A stretch of 64,000 bases of DNA from assembly GCA_048939995.1 (NCBI GenBank), contig JBHLOY010000003.1, positions 128,001-192,000 on the forward strand. The letters are read 5' to 3'. Below are positions 1 to 10,124 of this stretch, in pieces (the first letter of the stretch is position 1; each line of letters starts with the position of its first letter). Under the pieces are notes generated by a model. That model worked only from the letters and a program-made list of their open reading frames with translations. It was not told the origin of the DNA and did no database searches. A program made the position numbers and the translations under genes. The DNA comes from Promethearchaeota archaeon (GTDB lineage Archaea > Asgardarchaeota > Lokiarchaeia > Sigyniarchaeales > SOKP01).

Positions 1-420
1 TGTTTCATCTTTTAATATTAATTCAGAACTCTTCTCTGCTAATTCGGCCTTTAGATTTCCTATTCTTTCAAAAGCTTCTTCTAGTTTTCTATGAGTAGGT
101 ATATTTTGCTTTTTAGAAAAATCTAATTCTCTCTGGGCTTCTAAAGCTGTACCTTTTGCTAATTCTAATTCCCTTTCTTTCTCATTTATTATAGCCCTCT
201 GAGTTCCAATTAATTCTTTTAATTCTAAAACATCATCTGGAATATCATACATTTTAGAAATCTTTGCTTTTTGATCTTCTATTAAATTATCTTGATCAAT
301 GATAACTCTCTTTTGCTTTTCAACTAGCTCAGTCAATCTATCAATTTTTGATTGTAAGGATGCAATTTCTTTCTCGCTCGATTCGATTTCATCTATCATA
401 TTTCTCAAATCTTTAGGCAT
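1..420 (-). CDS. Coiled-coil protein, partial (runs off the window start)
   Basis: Not in the ORF track. ATG at 420 reads MPKDLRNMIDEIESSEKEIASLQSKIDRLTELVEKQKRVIIDQDNLIEDQKAKISKMYDIPDDVLELKELIG..., open to position 1, with heptad-like E/K/L-rich composition. Confidence 0.75.
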   Translation of the reverse strand, partial: MPKDLRNMIDEIESSEKEIASLQSKIDRLTELVEKQKRVIIDQDNLIEDQKAKISKMYDIPDDVLELKELIGTQRAIINEKERELELAKGTALEAQRELDFSKKQNIPTHRKLEEAFERIGNLKAELAEKSSELILKDET

Positions 421-853
421 TGTAGGTTAACTCTCTAAAATTATATGTAAAATTAGTAGTTAATATATATAAACTGAATTAATTTATTTTAATTAATAAA
501 GATAAATAATATTAATAGAGAGATAATAGATTTAATTTATATATTTATCGAATTAACAAATCAAAATTAGCCGAGAGGTAAAAAAAATTATAGCTTATTA
601 CTTTAAGTCTGATCAAATAAATGCCTTTATCCTTATTTCTTATAGGTATCTAAAAGATAAAAATAAAATACTACTGGAGGAATTAAATCTATTCAAAAAT
701 GAAAAGGATATAGCTGAATATATAAATTCAAAGGCTCTTGAAAAAAGGTCCCAAACTAATACTAATGAACATCTAATTATTTCCCAACTAGAGAAACTCA
801 TTAAAACATATTTAAAAGGGCAAAAAATTAACTTATTTGAAGAAATAACTAAA

Positions 854-1159
854 TTGAATGTAGAATTGAATATTAAGGATAAATTTAAGAGTAATTTCTC
901 CCAAAGAGTTGTAGATGCTCTTCTCAAGGTTAAACCTGGAGCCATAACAACATACTCTGATCTTGGAAAAACAATTCAATCTAAAGCATTTCGAGCAATA
1001 GGGAATGTTTGCAAATCAAATCCAATACCCCTAATAATCCCTTGTCATCGTGTCTTAAGAAAGGATGGAGAAATTGGAGGTTTTATGGGAAAGACTGATA
1101 AAACCTGGGAAACTAATATTAAAAGAACCTTATTAAGAATAGAAGGACATCAAGTATAG
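854..1159 (+). CDS. ogt: Methylated-DNA--protein-cysteine methyltransferase (MGMT/Ogt); true start probably upstream (~587-590)
   Basis: Active-site IPCHRV, plus TYSDLG and RAIGN...NPIPL motifs. The frame is open upstream to 557. Confidence 0.9.
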   Translation: MNVELNIKDKFKSNFSQRVVDALLKVKPGAITTYSDLGKTIQSKAFRAIGNVCKSNPIPLIIPCHRVLRKDGEIGGFMGKTDKTWETNIKRTLLRIEGHQV

Positions 1160-1215
1160 AGATATTTTTTAATTAAACGAAATTAATATATTGTTTACAC
1201 CTTTTATTTAATATT

Positions 1216-2412
1216 ATGGTAAATATATCTCCTATTAAGCCCTACGTTCCAGTAAATCCAGAAACTTTTTGTACTAATCCATACGATGTAATTGATAAAG
1301 AGGAAGCACAAGAATTAAAAAAAATTCCTAATTCCTTGATTCATCTAATTCTACCAGATGGAGAGGGTGATGAGGCTTATCAAAATGCTCTCAGAGCCTA
1401 TAATTACTTTAAAGAAAAATATATTATTAAAAAGGAAAAAGCTCCAAGCATTTTTGTTTACCGTCAAGAATCTCCACAATTTAGCCATCAAGGCTTAATT
1501 ATAGGAGTTTCTCTTCAAGATTATGAAAATGGAAATATATTAATCCATGAGTATACCAGAGAAAAAGCATTGAAAGATAGAACAAGTCATATTGTCACAA
1601 CAAACGTAGCTGCTGGCTTAGTTTGGACAGTATTTCAAGCTAATAAAAAAATAAATGCTTTAATTGAGCAAATAAAACAAAAAAAACCAAGATTCCAATT
1701 TATGAAATATGGGTATGTTCATAAATTATGGCAAGAAACTGATCCCATTTTAATCCAAAGATTAAAGGATCTTTTTCATCATGAAAAAATATATATTGCA
1801 GATGGACATCATCGAGCAGCAAGTGCTGCAAATTATCGCAAGATTCAGCTTCAAGAAGGAAAAGAAATCAAAGAAGCACCTTGGCAGTATTTATTATCAT
1901 ATGTCGCTTCTGATGATCAAATCCATATATTGCCCTATAATCGAGTGATTAGAAGTTTATCCTTTAATGAAAATGAGTTCTTAAAGAAAATAGAACCAGA
2001 ATTTAAATTAAAACAAGTAGAAAAAGCATTTCAACCACAGAAAAAAAATGAAATTGCTCTATGTTTAAAGGGTAAATGGTATAAACTTAAAGTTAAACAT
2101 AAAGACTTTAAAACTAAAAGAGACTCATTAGATGTAAGTATACTTCAAGATAAGATCTTAGAACCAATACTAGGAATTATTAATCCACGCACAGATGAGA
2201 ATATTTTTTTTGTAGGTGGAACACAAGAACTTCGAGAAATGGAAAATTATACTACAGAAAATGGAAATGATCTATTTATAAGCCTATATCCGGTTGATAT
2301 AAAAGATTTAGAAGCAATAGCAGATGAGGGAGGGATAATGCCTCCAAAATCCACTTGGTTTGATCCCAAACTTCTCTCAGGATTAGTTATGCATGAATTG
2401 AAAGAAAATTAA
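1216..2412 (+). CDS. DUF1015 family protein (ParB/Srx-like fold)
   Basis: PYDVI, HEYT, YIADGHHR, HILPYNRV and C-terminal MPPKSTWFDPKLLSG motifs. Confidence 0.85.
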   Translation: MVNISPIKPYVPVNPETFCTNPYDVIDKEEAQELKKIPNSLIHLILPDGEGDEAYQNALRAYNYFKEKYIIKKEKAPSIFVYRQESPQFSHQGLIIGVSLQDYENGNILIHEYTREKALKDRTSHIVTTNVAAGLVWTVFQANKKINALIEQIKQKKPRFQFMKYGYVHKLWQETDPILIQRLKDLFHHEKIYIADGHHRAASAANYRKIQLQEGKEIKEAPWQYLLSYVASDDQIHILPYNRVIRSLSFNENEFLKKIEPEFKLKQVEKAFQPQKKNEIALCLKGKWYKLKVKHKDFKTKRDSLDVSILQDKILEPILGIINPRTDENIFFVGGTQELREMENYTTENGNDLFISLYPVDIKDLEAIADEGGIMPPKSTWFDPKLLSGLVMHELKEN

Positions 2413-2419
2413 AAAAATA

Positions 2420-3361
2420 TTATTTCTTTTTTAGGAAACTTGACATCTTTTCTGCTATTAGAGTTGCAGCATCGATCTGGTTTTCAATAGTTTGACTCGC
2501 AATGTGAGGTGTTAGTATTAAATTATCATTACAAGCAATTAATTCTTGATCCTTTAGCGGCTCTTCACGAAAGACATCAAGTGCTGCCCCACCAATATCT
2601 TTATTTTTTAGTGCCTGAATTAAAGCTTTTTCGTCAATTAAGGTTCCTCTCGCTGTGTTAACTATTATAGCGTCTTTTCTCATAAGTTTTATTCTCTTTT
2701 CATTAATTATATTTTCTGTTTGAGGCGTAATAGGTAAATGTAGTGAAACTATTTGAGCATCTTTTAATAAATCTTCGATTGATGGGTATATTGAGCAACC
2801 TACAGCTTTAGCTTCATCGATAGCAGATTGCCCTTTACTAAATCTGGAATAAACACCCACCTTCATTCCTAATGCAATTGCGTCTTTTGCCAATTCTTTA
2901 GCTATATTTCCAAATCCTATCAATCCAAGTTTCTTACCTTTTAAGGTATATCCTAAATATTGACTCTTATTCCACTTTCCTTGATGAGTAGTATGATCTG
3001 CATCAGAAATATGTCTTGCTAAAGTCAGCATCAATCCAAGTGAAAGTTCTGCTACTGACACAGCGGGTGCTTCCGGTGTATTTAAAACCTCTATCCCTAG
3101 ATCTTTTGCTTTTTTTAAGTCAATATTATCTAATCCAGCTCCAGCTCTCCCAATAACCTTTAAATTTGTTGCTTTTTCTAACACATCTGCAGTCAATTTT
3201 GTTCTTGACCGAACTACAATTGCCTCATAATTATTTATTTCATTTTTAAGTTCATCCTTTGTTATAGTGAATTTCTTAAATACTTCAAATCCATTTTTTT
3301 GGAAAATTTCTATTCCATCATCCTGAAATTCATCACTAATTAAAACTTTCATAACTATCAT
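2420..3361 (-). CDS. serA: D-3-phosphoglycerate dehydrogenase-like D-2-hydroxyacid dehydrogenase (no ACT domain)
   Basis: VRSRTK, GRAGAGLDNID, GLIGFGNI, NTARG, ALDVF.EEP and LTPHIAS motifs. Confidence 0.8.
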   Translation of the reverse strand: MIVMKVLISDEFQDDGIEIFQKNGFEVFKKFTITKDELKNEINNYEAIVVRSRTKLTADVLEKATNLKVIGRAGAGLDNIDLKKAKDLGIEVLNTPEAPAVSVAELSLGLMLTLARHISDADHTTHQGKWNKSQYLGYTLKGKKLGLIGFGNIAKELAKDAIALGMKVGVYSRFSKGQSAIDEAKAVGCSIYPSIEDLLKDAQIVSLHLPITPQTENIINEKRIKLMRKDAIIVNTARGTLIDEKALIQALKNKDIGGAALDVFREEPLKDQELIACNDNLILTPHIASQTIENQIDAATLIAEKMSSFLKKK

Positions 3362-3484
3362 TAGATTAATTTTTCATGAATAAGTTAATTAATAAAATTA
3401 TCTTTAAAGATTTTTGTTTAACTTTTTCTCATTTTTAATGAGAATTAAAACATAAGCAAAAATAAAAAAAAGAATTAAAATAAA

Positions 3485-4609
3485 TTATTTATCTAATCTT
3501 AATTTTGTGATAATTTCCGTTAGAACTTTTAACATATCTTCAAGTTCTTTCACAGTAATTTCACCCATATGTCCAATCCTAAAGGTTTTGCCTTTTAATG
3601 AACCGTATCCATCTACGATTCGATATCCCTCATTTAAAAGCATAGACACCATTATACTAGTGTCAATATTCAAATTATTTTTCATAGTAGAAACGGTATT
3701 GGAACAAAATTCTTCCCTTATAGGAAACATTTCCAAATTCATATCACGAGCCCACATTCTTGTTCGTTTACCTAACTGTGAATGCCTTTCAAATCGGTTT
3801 TCTAGGCCTTCTTTATTTAATATATAATCTAGTTGCGAGACTAAACCTCTAATCTGTGGTATTGGTGGGGTATTTGGGGTTTGATTGGATTTATTACTTT
3901 TTAACATCACTTCAAAATCAAAATAATAGCCTCTATTCGTGACTTTAGAGGTTTTTTCGATTGCATCTTCCGAAATTGAAAGAACTGCGATTCCAGGAGG
4001 TAAGGCAAAACATTTCTGTACTGATGCCAAACAAATATCAATACCTAGTTTATCAACTTCAACTTTAACCCCCGCCATTGATGATGTAGCATCCACACAA
4101 ACCAAAGCTCCAAAATCCTTAAGAACTGGGATAACTTCATCAAGAGGGTTATAAATTCCAGTAGATGTTTCACAAGCTTGAATAAAAACTGTAGAATATT
4201 TCTCTCTATCCATAATTTCTTGCACAAATTCAGGAGTTATTGCCTCTCCCCACTCAACTCCTTCTTTGAAAGCATTTTTTCCATTTGAAACTCCAATCTG
4301 ATACCATCTGTCACCAAATGCTCCTATTGACAAGAATAATGCTCTTTCATCATTATTTAGCAAGTTTCTAACACATGCTTCCATAACCCCGGTGGCGCTT
4401 GAAGTAGAGATCAAACATTCATTTTTTGTGTATAAAATTTTTTTCAAATTTTCTATTGCCTTTTGATGCATATCAAAATAAGGTTGAGATCTATGGGTAT
4501 CATTAGGTTTTGCCATTTCTTTTAGTATTCTATCTGGGACATAAACGGGACCTGGAGTAAATAATTTTAATTGTGAACCTTTTTCTTTGTTAAAATGAAT
4601 TTCGGGCAT
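3485..4609 (-). CDS. Class V PLP-dependent aminotransferase (serine-pyruvate / archaeal phosphoserine aminotransferase type)
   Basis: LFTPGP, ETSTG, VDATSS, SVQKCFALPPG (PLP lysine) and FRIGHMG motifs; co-oriented upstream of serA. Confidence 0.85.
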   Translation of the reverse strand: MPEIHFNKEKGSQLKLFTPGPVYVPDRILKEMAKPNDTHRSQPYFDMHQKAIENLKKILYTKNECLISTSSATGVMEACVRNLLNNDERALFLSIGAFGDRWYQIGVSNGKNAFKEGVEWGEAITPEFVQEIMDREKYSTVFIQACETSTGIYNPLDEVIPVLKDFGALVCVDATSSMAGVKVEVDKLGIDICLASVQKCFALPPGIAVLSISEDAIEKTSKVTNRGYYFDFEVMLKSNKSNQTPNTPPIPQIRGLVSQLDYILNKEGLENRFERHSQLGKRTRMWARDMNLEMFPIREEFCSNTVSTMKNNLNIDTSIMVSMLLNEGYRIVDGYGSLKGKTFRIGHMGEITVKELEDMLKVLTEIITKLRLDK

Positions 4610-4661
4610 AATGGCTTTATATTTTAGATTAGTTAAAAATTTTTAGTTGAATAAAAAAAGT

Positions 4662-5342
4662 TTACTTTTTAGCTAATTTATTTAGTTCTATTTTTCGGTT
4701 GATATCATATTCGGTATAATCACCCAACATAAAGAAAAAATATTTAACGTTTCGAAATCTTAAAGGTAAATTATATTCACTCAAATACATAATTGCCCGA
4801 AAAATAGCATTAAATAGTAAAACGCCAGGAATTGCTACTATATGGAACAGAAAAAATTGTTCTGCGGAAGCAAACGCCATAAATACAAGGATAATTGTAA
4901 TTCCTCCAATTATAATATTCATTAGGCGATATTTGAGTAGATATTCCTTTATAATTATACCTTTTATTATTCCAGCTATTCCAATAAGTAATGTAGGAAA
5001 AGTTGAGAGATAAATTACTTCAGTTAAGCCTACATTAGGGTACGAAAAGATGATATACAGCATGTAGAAACTGAAAATGGTGAAACTTATTCCAAATATA
5101 ACGTGTAATACATTTAAGGCTTTTTCTCTGAGTTTTTTGAATAAACCTTTAATAATCTTATATATTCCAAAAAAGAATAAGGTAACTAATGGATACACAA
5201 TTATTGACATTAGAGCAACTAATTTTAAAAATAGAGCTAATATTAAGAAAGTAATTAGAAGTATAATAGAGATAACATTATCCGCACGTATTTTTTGCTT
5301 TAACATTACATTTTCAATAATATAACTCATAGAATAACTCAC
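4662..5342 (-). CDS. Integral membrane protein (~6 TM; possibly HdeD/DUF308-like)
   Basis: Repeated hydrophobic helices with G..K motifs. Confidence 0.6.
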   Translation of the reverse strand: MSYSMSYIIENVMLKQKIRADNVISIILLITFLILALFLKLVALMSIIVYPLVTLFFFGIYKIIKGLFKKLREKALNVLHVIFGISFTIFSFYMLYIIFSYPNVGLTEVIYLSTFPTLLIGIAGIIKGIIIKEYLLKYRLMNIIIGGITIILVFMAFASAEQFFLFHIVAIPGVLLFNAIFRAIMYLSEYNLPLRFRNVKYFFFMLGDYTEYDINRKIELNKLAKK

Positions 5343-5439
5343 CTAAATAAAACAATAATTTTGAAAACTTATTAAATTATTTAGTGAAGCAATTCTTAAA
5401 AATTCGATACTAATAATGCAATGATAATGCCTAAAAACT

Positions 5440-6375
5440 TTATAGAAATAGTATAATATAATTTCCTAAAATAATTAATATTACAGCTACTAGAAATCGC
5501 TTTCGAAATTTTTCCTTCAAGAAGATAATAGAAAAAATTTGTTGAACCATCGGAGTATTTGCAGTAATCGTTGAGGTTAAAACTAAGCCATTTATCTCAG
5601 CGGCTTTAATAAATACAGCATCGGCTAAACCCAAAGATAAAATTCCTGCAATTCCTATGAATATAAAATATCTTAGGTCTTTTCGATTTTCCTTTTTAAA
5701 TCCATCATAATACTCTTTCTGAAAAGCTCCTAGTATTGCTACGGTACCAAAACCAAATCCAACCCTAAAGAAGTTAGAAACGAATATATCACCAGTCAAT
5801 ACTCTTGCTTGGTTGAACGTGACATAAGCTACTGCCCAAAAAAATGCTGTACCAATTGATAATAATACGCCTAAAATTAAATCTTCAGAGATTTTTTCTT
5901 TTAAACTTCTCTTTACTTTTACCTTTTCATCTTTATCTTTTGAGCTCAATATAAACACACTTGAAAGTATTAATAACCCCCCAATAAGTATTGAAAGAGT
6001 TATTTCTTCTGAAAATAATAGAAAAGAAAATGGATATACAAATATTAGTGATAGCTGGGTGAGAGGATAAGCTCGAGAGGCATCTATTCTCTTTAAAGAC
6101 ATATAATAAAATAAGTCTCCAATCGTTACACTTAAACCGGAAATTAAACATATCATTAAAAAAACTAGGATTTCTATATAACCCATATCTTTAAGAAATG
6201 AATAGCTCCCAAAAATTATTGAGATTAAAAATGTACTCAAACATACGCAGCAAAGCCTAAAGAACAGATTAGCTTTTGGTTGAGTTTTTCCAAGACCCCA
6301 TTTGTAAACCAAAGATGCTATAGCCCATGTAAATAGTGCATCTAAAGCTAAAATATAACCAATTATTTCAGCCAT
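5440..6375 (-). CDS. DMT/EamA family transporter
   Basis: Two EamA-like halves (GDLFYYMSLKRIDASRAYPL; IFLKEKF), ~10 TM. Confidence 0.85.
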   Translation of the reverse strand: MAEIIGYILALDALFTWAIASLVYKWGLGKTQPKANLFFRLCCVCLSTFLISIIFGSYSFLKDMGYIEILVFLMICLISGLSVTIGDLFYYMSLKRIDASRAYPLTQLSLIFVYPFSFLLFSEEITLSILIGGLLILSSVFILSSKDKDEKVKVKRSLKEKISEDLILGVLLSIGTAFFWAVAYVTFNQARVLTGDIFVSNFFRVGFGFGTVAILGAFQKEYYDGFKKENRKDLRYFIFIGIAGILSLGLADAVFIKAAEINGLVLTSTITANTPMVQQIFSIIFLKEKFRKRFLVAVILIILGNYIILFL

Positions 6376-6403
6376 TTTCTTTAAAATATTTTCTTTTAAA
6401 TAA

Positions 6404-7033
6404 TTATGAAATTAATCTAGTAGTTTTAAGCAATAAATAAATCGAAATACTTACAACCCATATTCCAATTGTAATAGTCATAATCCATTCAATAACAGGT
6501 ATCCAAGTTACTAAAAATAAGATAATAACAAGAATAGTAATAAATCCCAAATAAGAAAGAAATCTGTGGAAATGGTTGTTATTTAGAAATAAAATACTAT
6601 ATAAAAACAAGTAAGTAATTGCGGTAATCATGCAAATCAGAAAAATAATTCCATGCAAATAATAGTATAGTGTGTTAAATATTAAAGAGGGAAACAACCC
6701 GATTAAAGAAAAAAAAACACATGAAATTAATGCTGAAGTAATAGCTGCTTTTTTAAGATTAAATTTAGTATGGTCTACTCCTAATGTCCGATTTATATGC
6801 ATATAGAGAGGAATAGCTAAAAATCCTGATGAAAATACTCCCAAGTTGAAAAATATTGCTCCAGGAGAATACTCACCTCCTAACCAACTTATCATGCAGT
6901 TGAAATCAAAACCAGTAAATAATATAGAAGCGAGATATATTCCTGAAAAATAGACAATTACAGATATTAAGCCAAATAATGGTCCAAACACTTTAATCAT
7001 AAATTTATTATGGTATATATTTAAACGCCACAT
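6404..7033 (-). CDS. DUF998-like membrane protein
   Basis: ISWLG...AIFFNLG, LIGLFP and LHG motifs; paralog of 24308..24922. Confidence 0.65.
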   Translation of the reverse strand: MWRLNIYHNKFMIKVFGPLFGLISVIVYFSGIYLASILFTGFDFNCMISWLGGEYSPGAIFFNLGVFSSGFLAIPLYMHINRTLGVDHTKFNLKKAAITSALISCVFFSLIGLFPSLIFNTLYYYLHGIIFLICMITAITYLFLYSILFLNNNHFHRFLSYLGFITILVIILFLVTWIPVIEWIMTITIGIWVVSISIYLLLKTTRLIS

Positions 7034-7045
7034 TTTTCAATCATC

Positions 7046-8230
7046 TTATGTTTCTGTATTTATTCTTAAGACAAGTTCTCTTGATGGAATCTGATTAAAT
7101 AAAAACATGTTAATGATCTCTTCTTTAAATTTGTCATTTTCTTCTGCTAATTTTAACATTTGCGAAAAATGTCTACCTTTGTTCTTAAAAAAGAAATCTA
7201 CCATTAAAGCTTTCATTTTAAAAACTCTAATAATTTTTTTTATATTTGAAAAGGAATGGTATTGTTTTAACATCTCTTTTGAAATCTCTTCCTTTTCTAA
7301 AGCACTAATCGCTGCTTTTGCAGCAAAATTTGATGACACTATGCTTGGATAAATTCCTTCTCCGCTAATGGGAGATACAAATCCTGCAGCATCACCAACG
7401 ATCATAATATTATCACCAAACAAGCAATTAGCCTTTACACCTATCGCTGGTAAAGGATATGCTGCTTCCCAAACTTTCTTATATGTTTGTATATTTTTTG
7501 ACAATAAATTTACTATAAAAGGGTCCTTGATAAAATTATTATATATAAGATTGACATTATAGTTTTTATTTTCCTCTTGCCATGTTCCACATCCAATATT
7601 AAATCTTTTATTATCTAAAGGAAATATCCAAGCATATCCCTTATATGGTCTAAAAAAGAAAGACATATATTCAGTTTCTAAATTATTTTTTCCTTCGAAA
7701 ATTCCACATTTGCATATACCAATTTCATCAATTTGCCATTTTTGGCGTAAATATGACTTAATAGCTAATCTTGAGCCTACTCCGTCGGCAATTATAATTA
7801 CTTTTCCTAAAAATTCTTTAGTTCCCGTTGTACTTTTTGTTTTTACTCCAGCTTTCTTATTATTTTTAATAAGAAAGTCAAAAGAAAAGTTTTTATCGAA
7901 TAATTCAGCACCAGCATCAACAGCAATATCTCTTATTAAATTATCAAATTGTAGCCGATCTACATTTATTGAATAATCTTTAAAATTATTCCATGAATAT
8001 TTCAATATCTTATAATCCGCAGAGTATAAATTCATCCCAGTAATCTGCAGATATTTTTGTTTCCGTAATTGAGGAAAATATTTAAAAACTCTAGAACTGA
8101 CAGCACCTCCACAAGGTTTACGCCAGGTGCAATCCCTCTCTATCAAAGCAACTTTAAATCCAGCTTTTGCAATAATTTCAGCACATTTAGATCCAGAAGG
8201 ACCAGCTCCAGAGACGATTACATCATACAT
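7046..8230 (-). CDS. Geranylgeranyl reductase family flavoprotein
   Basis: YDVIVSGAGPSG, KPCGG, IADG, GYAWIFP and VGDAAGFVSPISGEGI motifs. ATG at 8230 is preferred over the ORF-track start at 8290. Confidence 0.9.
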   Translation of the reverse strand: MYDVIVSGAGPSGSKCAEIIAKAGFKVALIERDCTWRKPCGGAVSSRVFKYFPQLRKQKYLQITGMNLYSADYKILKYSWNNFKDYSINVDRLQFDNLIRDIAVDAGAELFDKNFSFDFLIKNNKKAGVKTKSTTGTKEFLGKVIIIADGVGSRLAIKSYLRQKWQIDEIGICKCGIFEGKNNLETEYMSFFFRPYKGYAWIFPLDNKRFNIGCGTWQEENKNYNVNLIYNNFIKDPFIVNLLSKNIQTYKKVWEAAYPLPAIGVKANCLFGDNIMIVGDAAGFVSPISGEGIYPSIVSSNFAAKAAISALEKEEISKEMLKQYHSFSNIKKIIRVFKMKALMVDFFFKNKGRHFSQMLKLAEENDKFKEEIINMFLFNQIPSRELVLRINTET

Positions 8231-8423
8231 AGTATGTACTTTTTTTAATAAAGTGAGAAATACATTTATAATTTCAATTTTTATTTTCAAAATAAGTTTT
8301 TGGTATTAATCAATAATATCCACTTATGTCACTTATAATTCTATAAACAACTTTTAACTATAAGTAAAAAATTTATTAAAAATTACAAAAAAATTATTAA
8401 AATAATAGTAATTTAAAACAATT

Positions 8424-9113
8424 ATGAGAAATGAAGATATCTTAAAACCTTCTAAATCCGTGTTTTTAAAAGATACTGAACTGAACTCTGAAAATGACAA
8501 GGAGGTTCCTACATATAAAACTGGAACTACAACTGTAGGATTGACATGTAAAGATGCAGTTATCCTCGGGACAGATAAAAGAGCTTCAATGGCTTATTTT
8601 GTAGCAAGCAAAACCGCTGAAAAACTTCATAAGATTCAAGAATATCTCTATATGACAATTGCAGGTAGTGTAGCAGATGCTTTATATCTTGTGGATATTT
8701 TAAAAGCGGAGACTAGTTTATATCAATTAAAGCATGAAAAACCAATAAAAGTAAAATCGGCAGCTAGATTATTGAGTAATATTTTATATCAAAATAAATT
8801 ATTTCCCTTTGAAGTGGGGCTAATACTTGGAGGAGTAACAGAAGAAGAAGGTCCTACTCTTTTAGATATTGGAGCGTATGGATCAATCTTGCCTGAGAAA
8901 TTTTGTGCTATTGGAAGTGGACAAAACTTTTCATATGGGGTTTTAGAAGCAAAATATAAAGATAATTTAACTGTTAAAGACGGAAAGGATATTGTAATTA
9001 AGGCAGTTACATCATCCATCATAAGAGATATGGCCTCTGGTAATGGAATTGATATAGCTATTGTGAGAAAAGATAGTCCAGCTCAAAGAGAATTTATTCC
9101 TATTAAAGAATAG
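8424..9113 (+). CDS. psmB: Proteasome subunit beta (with propeptide)
   Basis: KTG|TTTVG autocleavage site, DKRAS, TIAGSVAD, GSG and RDMASGNG motifs. Confidence 0.95.
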   Translation: MRNEDILKPSKSVFLKDTELNSENDKEVPTYKTGTTTVGLTCKDAVILGTDKRASMAYFVASKTAEKLHKIQEYLYMTIAGSVADALYLVDILKAETSLYQLKHEKPIKVKSAARLLSNILYQNKLFPFEVGLILGGVTEEEGPTLLDIGAYGSILPEKFCAIGSGQNFSYGVLEAKYKDNLTVKDGKDIVIKAVTSSIIRDMASGNGIDIAIVRKDSPAQREFIPIKE

Positions 9114-9363
9114 TATATTTCTGTTAAGAAATTATATAAACTTGCTTTTTTTAAATCAATCCATATCTATTTGCTCTTTCTGTATTTAAATATTTTGCAA
9201 TAATAAAGCTTAAATCTTAGGATTTCAATAAATTTAAAAAGAATAACATATCTTTAAAAAATAAATTACAAATTATAAAGACAGTAGAACCGATTAATTA
9301 AGCATTCAAACAACTGTAAAAGCTATTAACTATATAAAAAGGCTAATATGGAGTATCATTAAC

Positions 9364-10095
9364 ATGAGTTACAGCATCATTATTGATTTATCTCACAAGG
9401 AAAAAGTTGAAGAATTTCCAGAAATATCCTTGGGTGAAGAAGATATTGAAATTGATTACTTAGATAAAAATGAGGGCCCCATAGATTTTGAAACTATTGA
9501 AGATTATGACATACTCTTTATTGGCAACATTCAACATACAAAGAATGGCACAAATGATAAATTTACTAAAGATGAATTATTAGCTATCAAGAAATTTGTA
9601 GCTGAAGGGGGAGGGATGTTCCTAACTAGTGGTGATGGTGGCGACAGAGATATATCTATGAAAGACGGCTCAATTAGAGTTTTGTATAAAATAACAGGAG
9701 TAAAAAGATTTTGGAATGGTGTCATTCAAGAGACGCCTTCGAATTTCTTGGTAAATAGAAATAATTTATTAATAAATGAAATATTTAGTCATCCTATATC
9801 TTCGGGTGTTACTGAAGTAGTTCTTCCAAATAGTACTTTTTTCACTATTACAGAAGAAGATGTTGAGGATATAATAGTTACTTCCGAAAAAGCTGAATTC
9901 AAATATTATATTGATGATGATATAAGCGCTATAGGACCTGTACCCATCTGTGTTGTTTCTGATTTCTATAATGGGAGGAGCGTTACAATCGGGTCTTCGG
10001 AATTCTTAATGGAGGATTCAGATTTCGGGTTAGATGCTGGAGACAATCTTTTATTTCTTGAAAACATTATTAAATGGTTAACATTTGAAATATAG
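9364..10095 (+). CDS. GIFT-domain (GldG/IFT52/DUF4350-like) protein
   Basis: IIIDLSHKE, KFTKDELLAIKKFVAEGGGMFLTSGDGGD and GRSVTIGSS...DNLLFLENIIKWL motifs. Confidence 0.7.
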   Translation: MSYSIIIDLSHKEKVEEFPEISLGEEDIEIDYLDKNEGPIDFETIEDYDILFIGNIQHTKNGTNDKFTKDELLAIKKFVAEGGGMFLTSGDGGDRDISMKDGSIRVLYKITGVKRFWNGVIQETPSNFLVNRNNLLINEIFSHPISSGVTEVVLPNSTFFTITEEDVEDIIVTSEKAEFKYYIDDDISAIGPVPICVVSDFYNGRSVTIGSSEFLMEDSDFGLDAGDNLLFLENIIKWLTFEI

Positions 10096-10124
10096 TTATA
10101 ATATATTTTATTTTTAATAGTATT

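Noticed and set aside
8231-8290. N-terminal extension of geranylgeranyl reductase given in the ORF track
   Set aside because: The Rossmann motif begins right after the ATG at 8230, so the extension is probably not translated.
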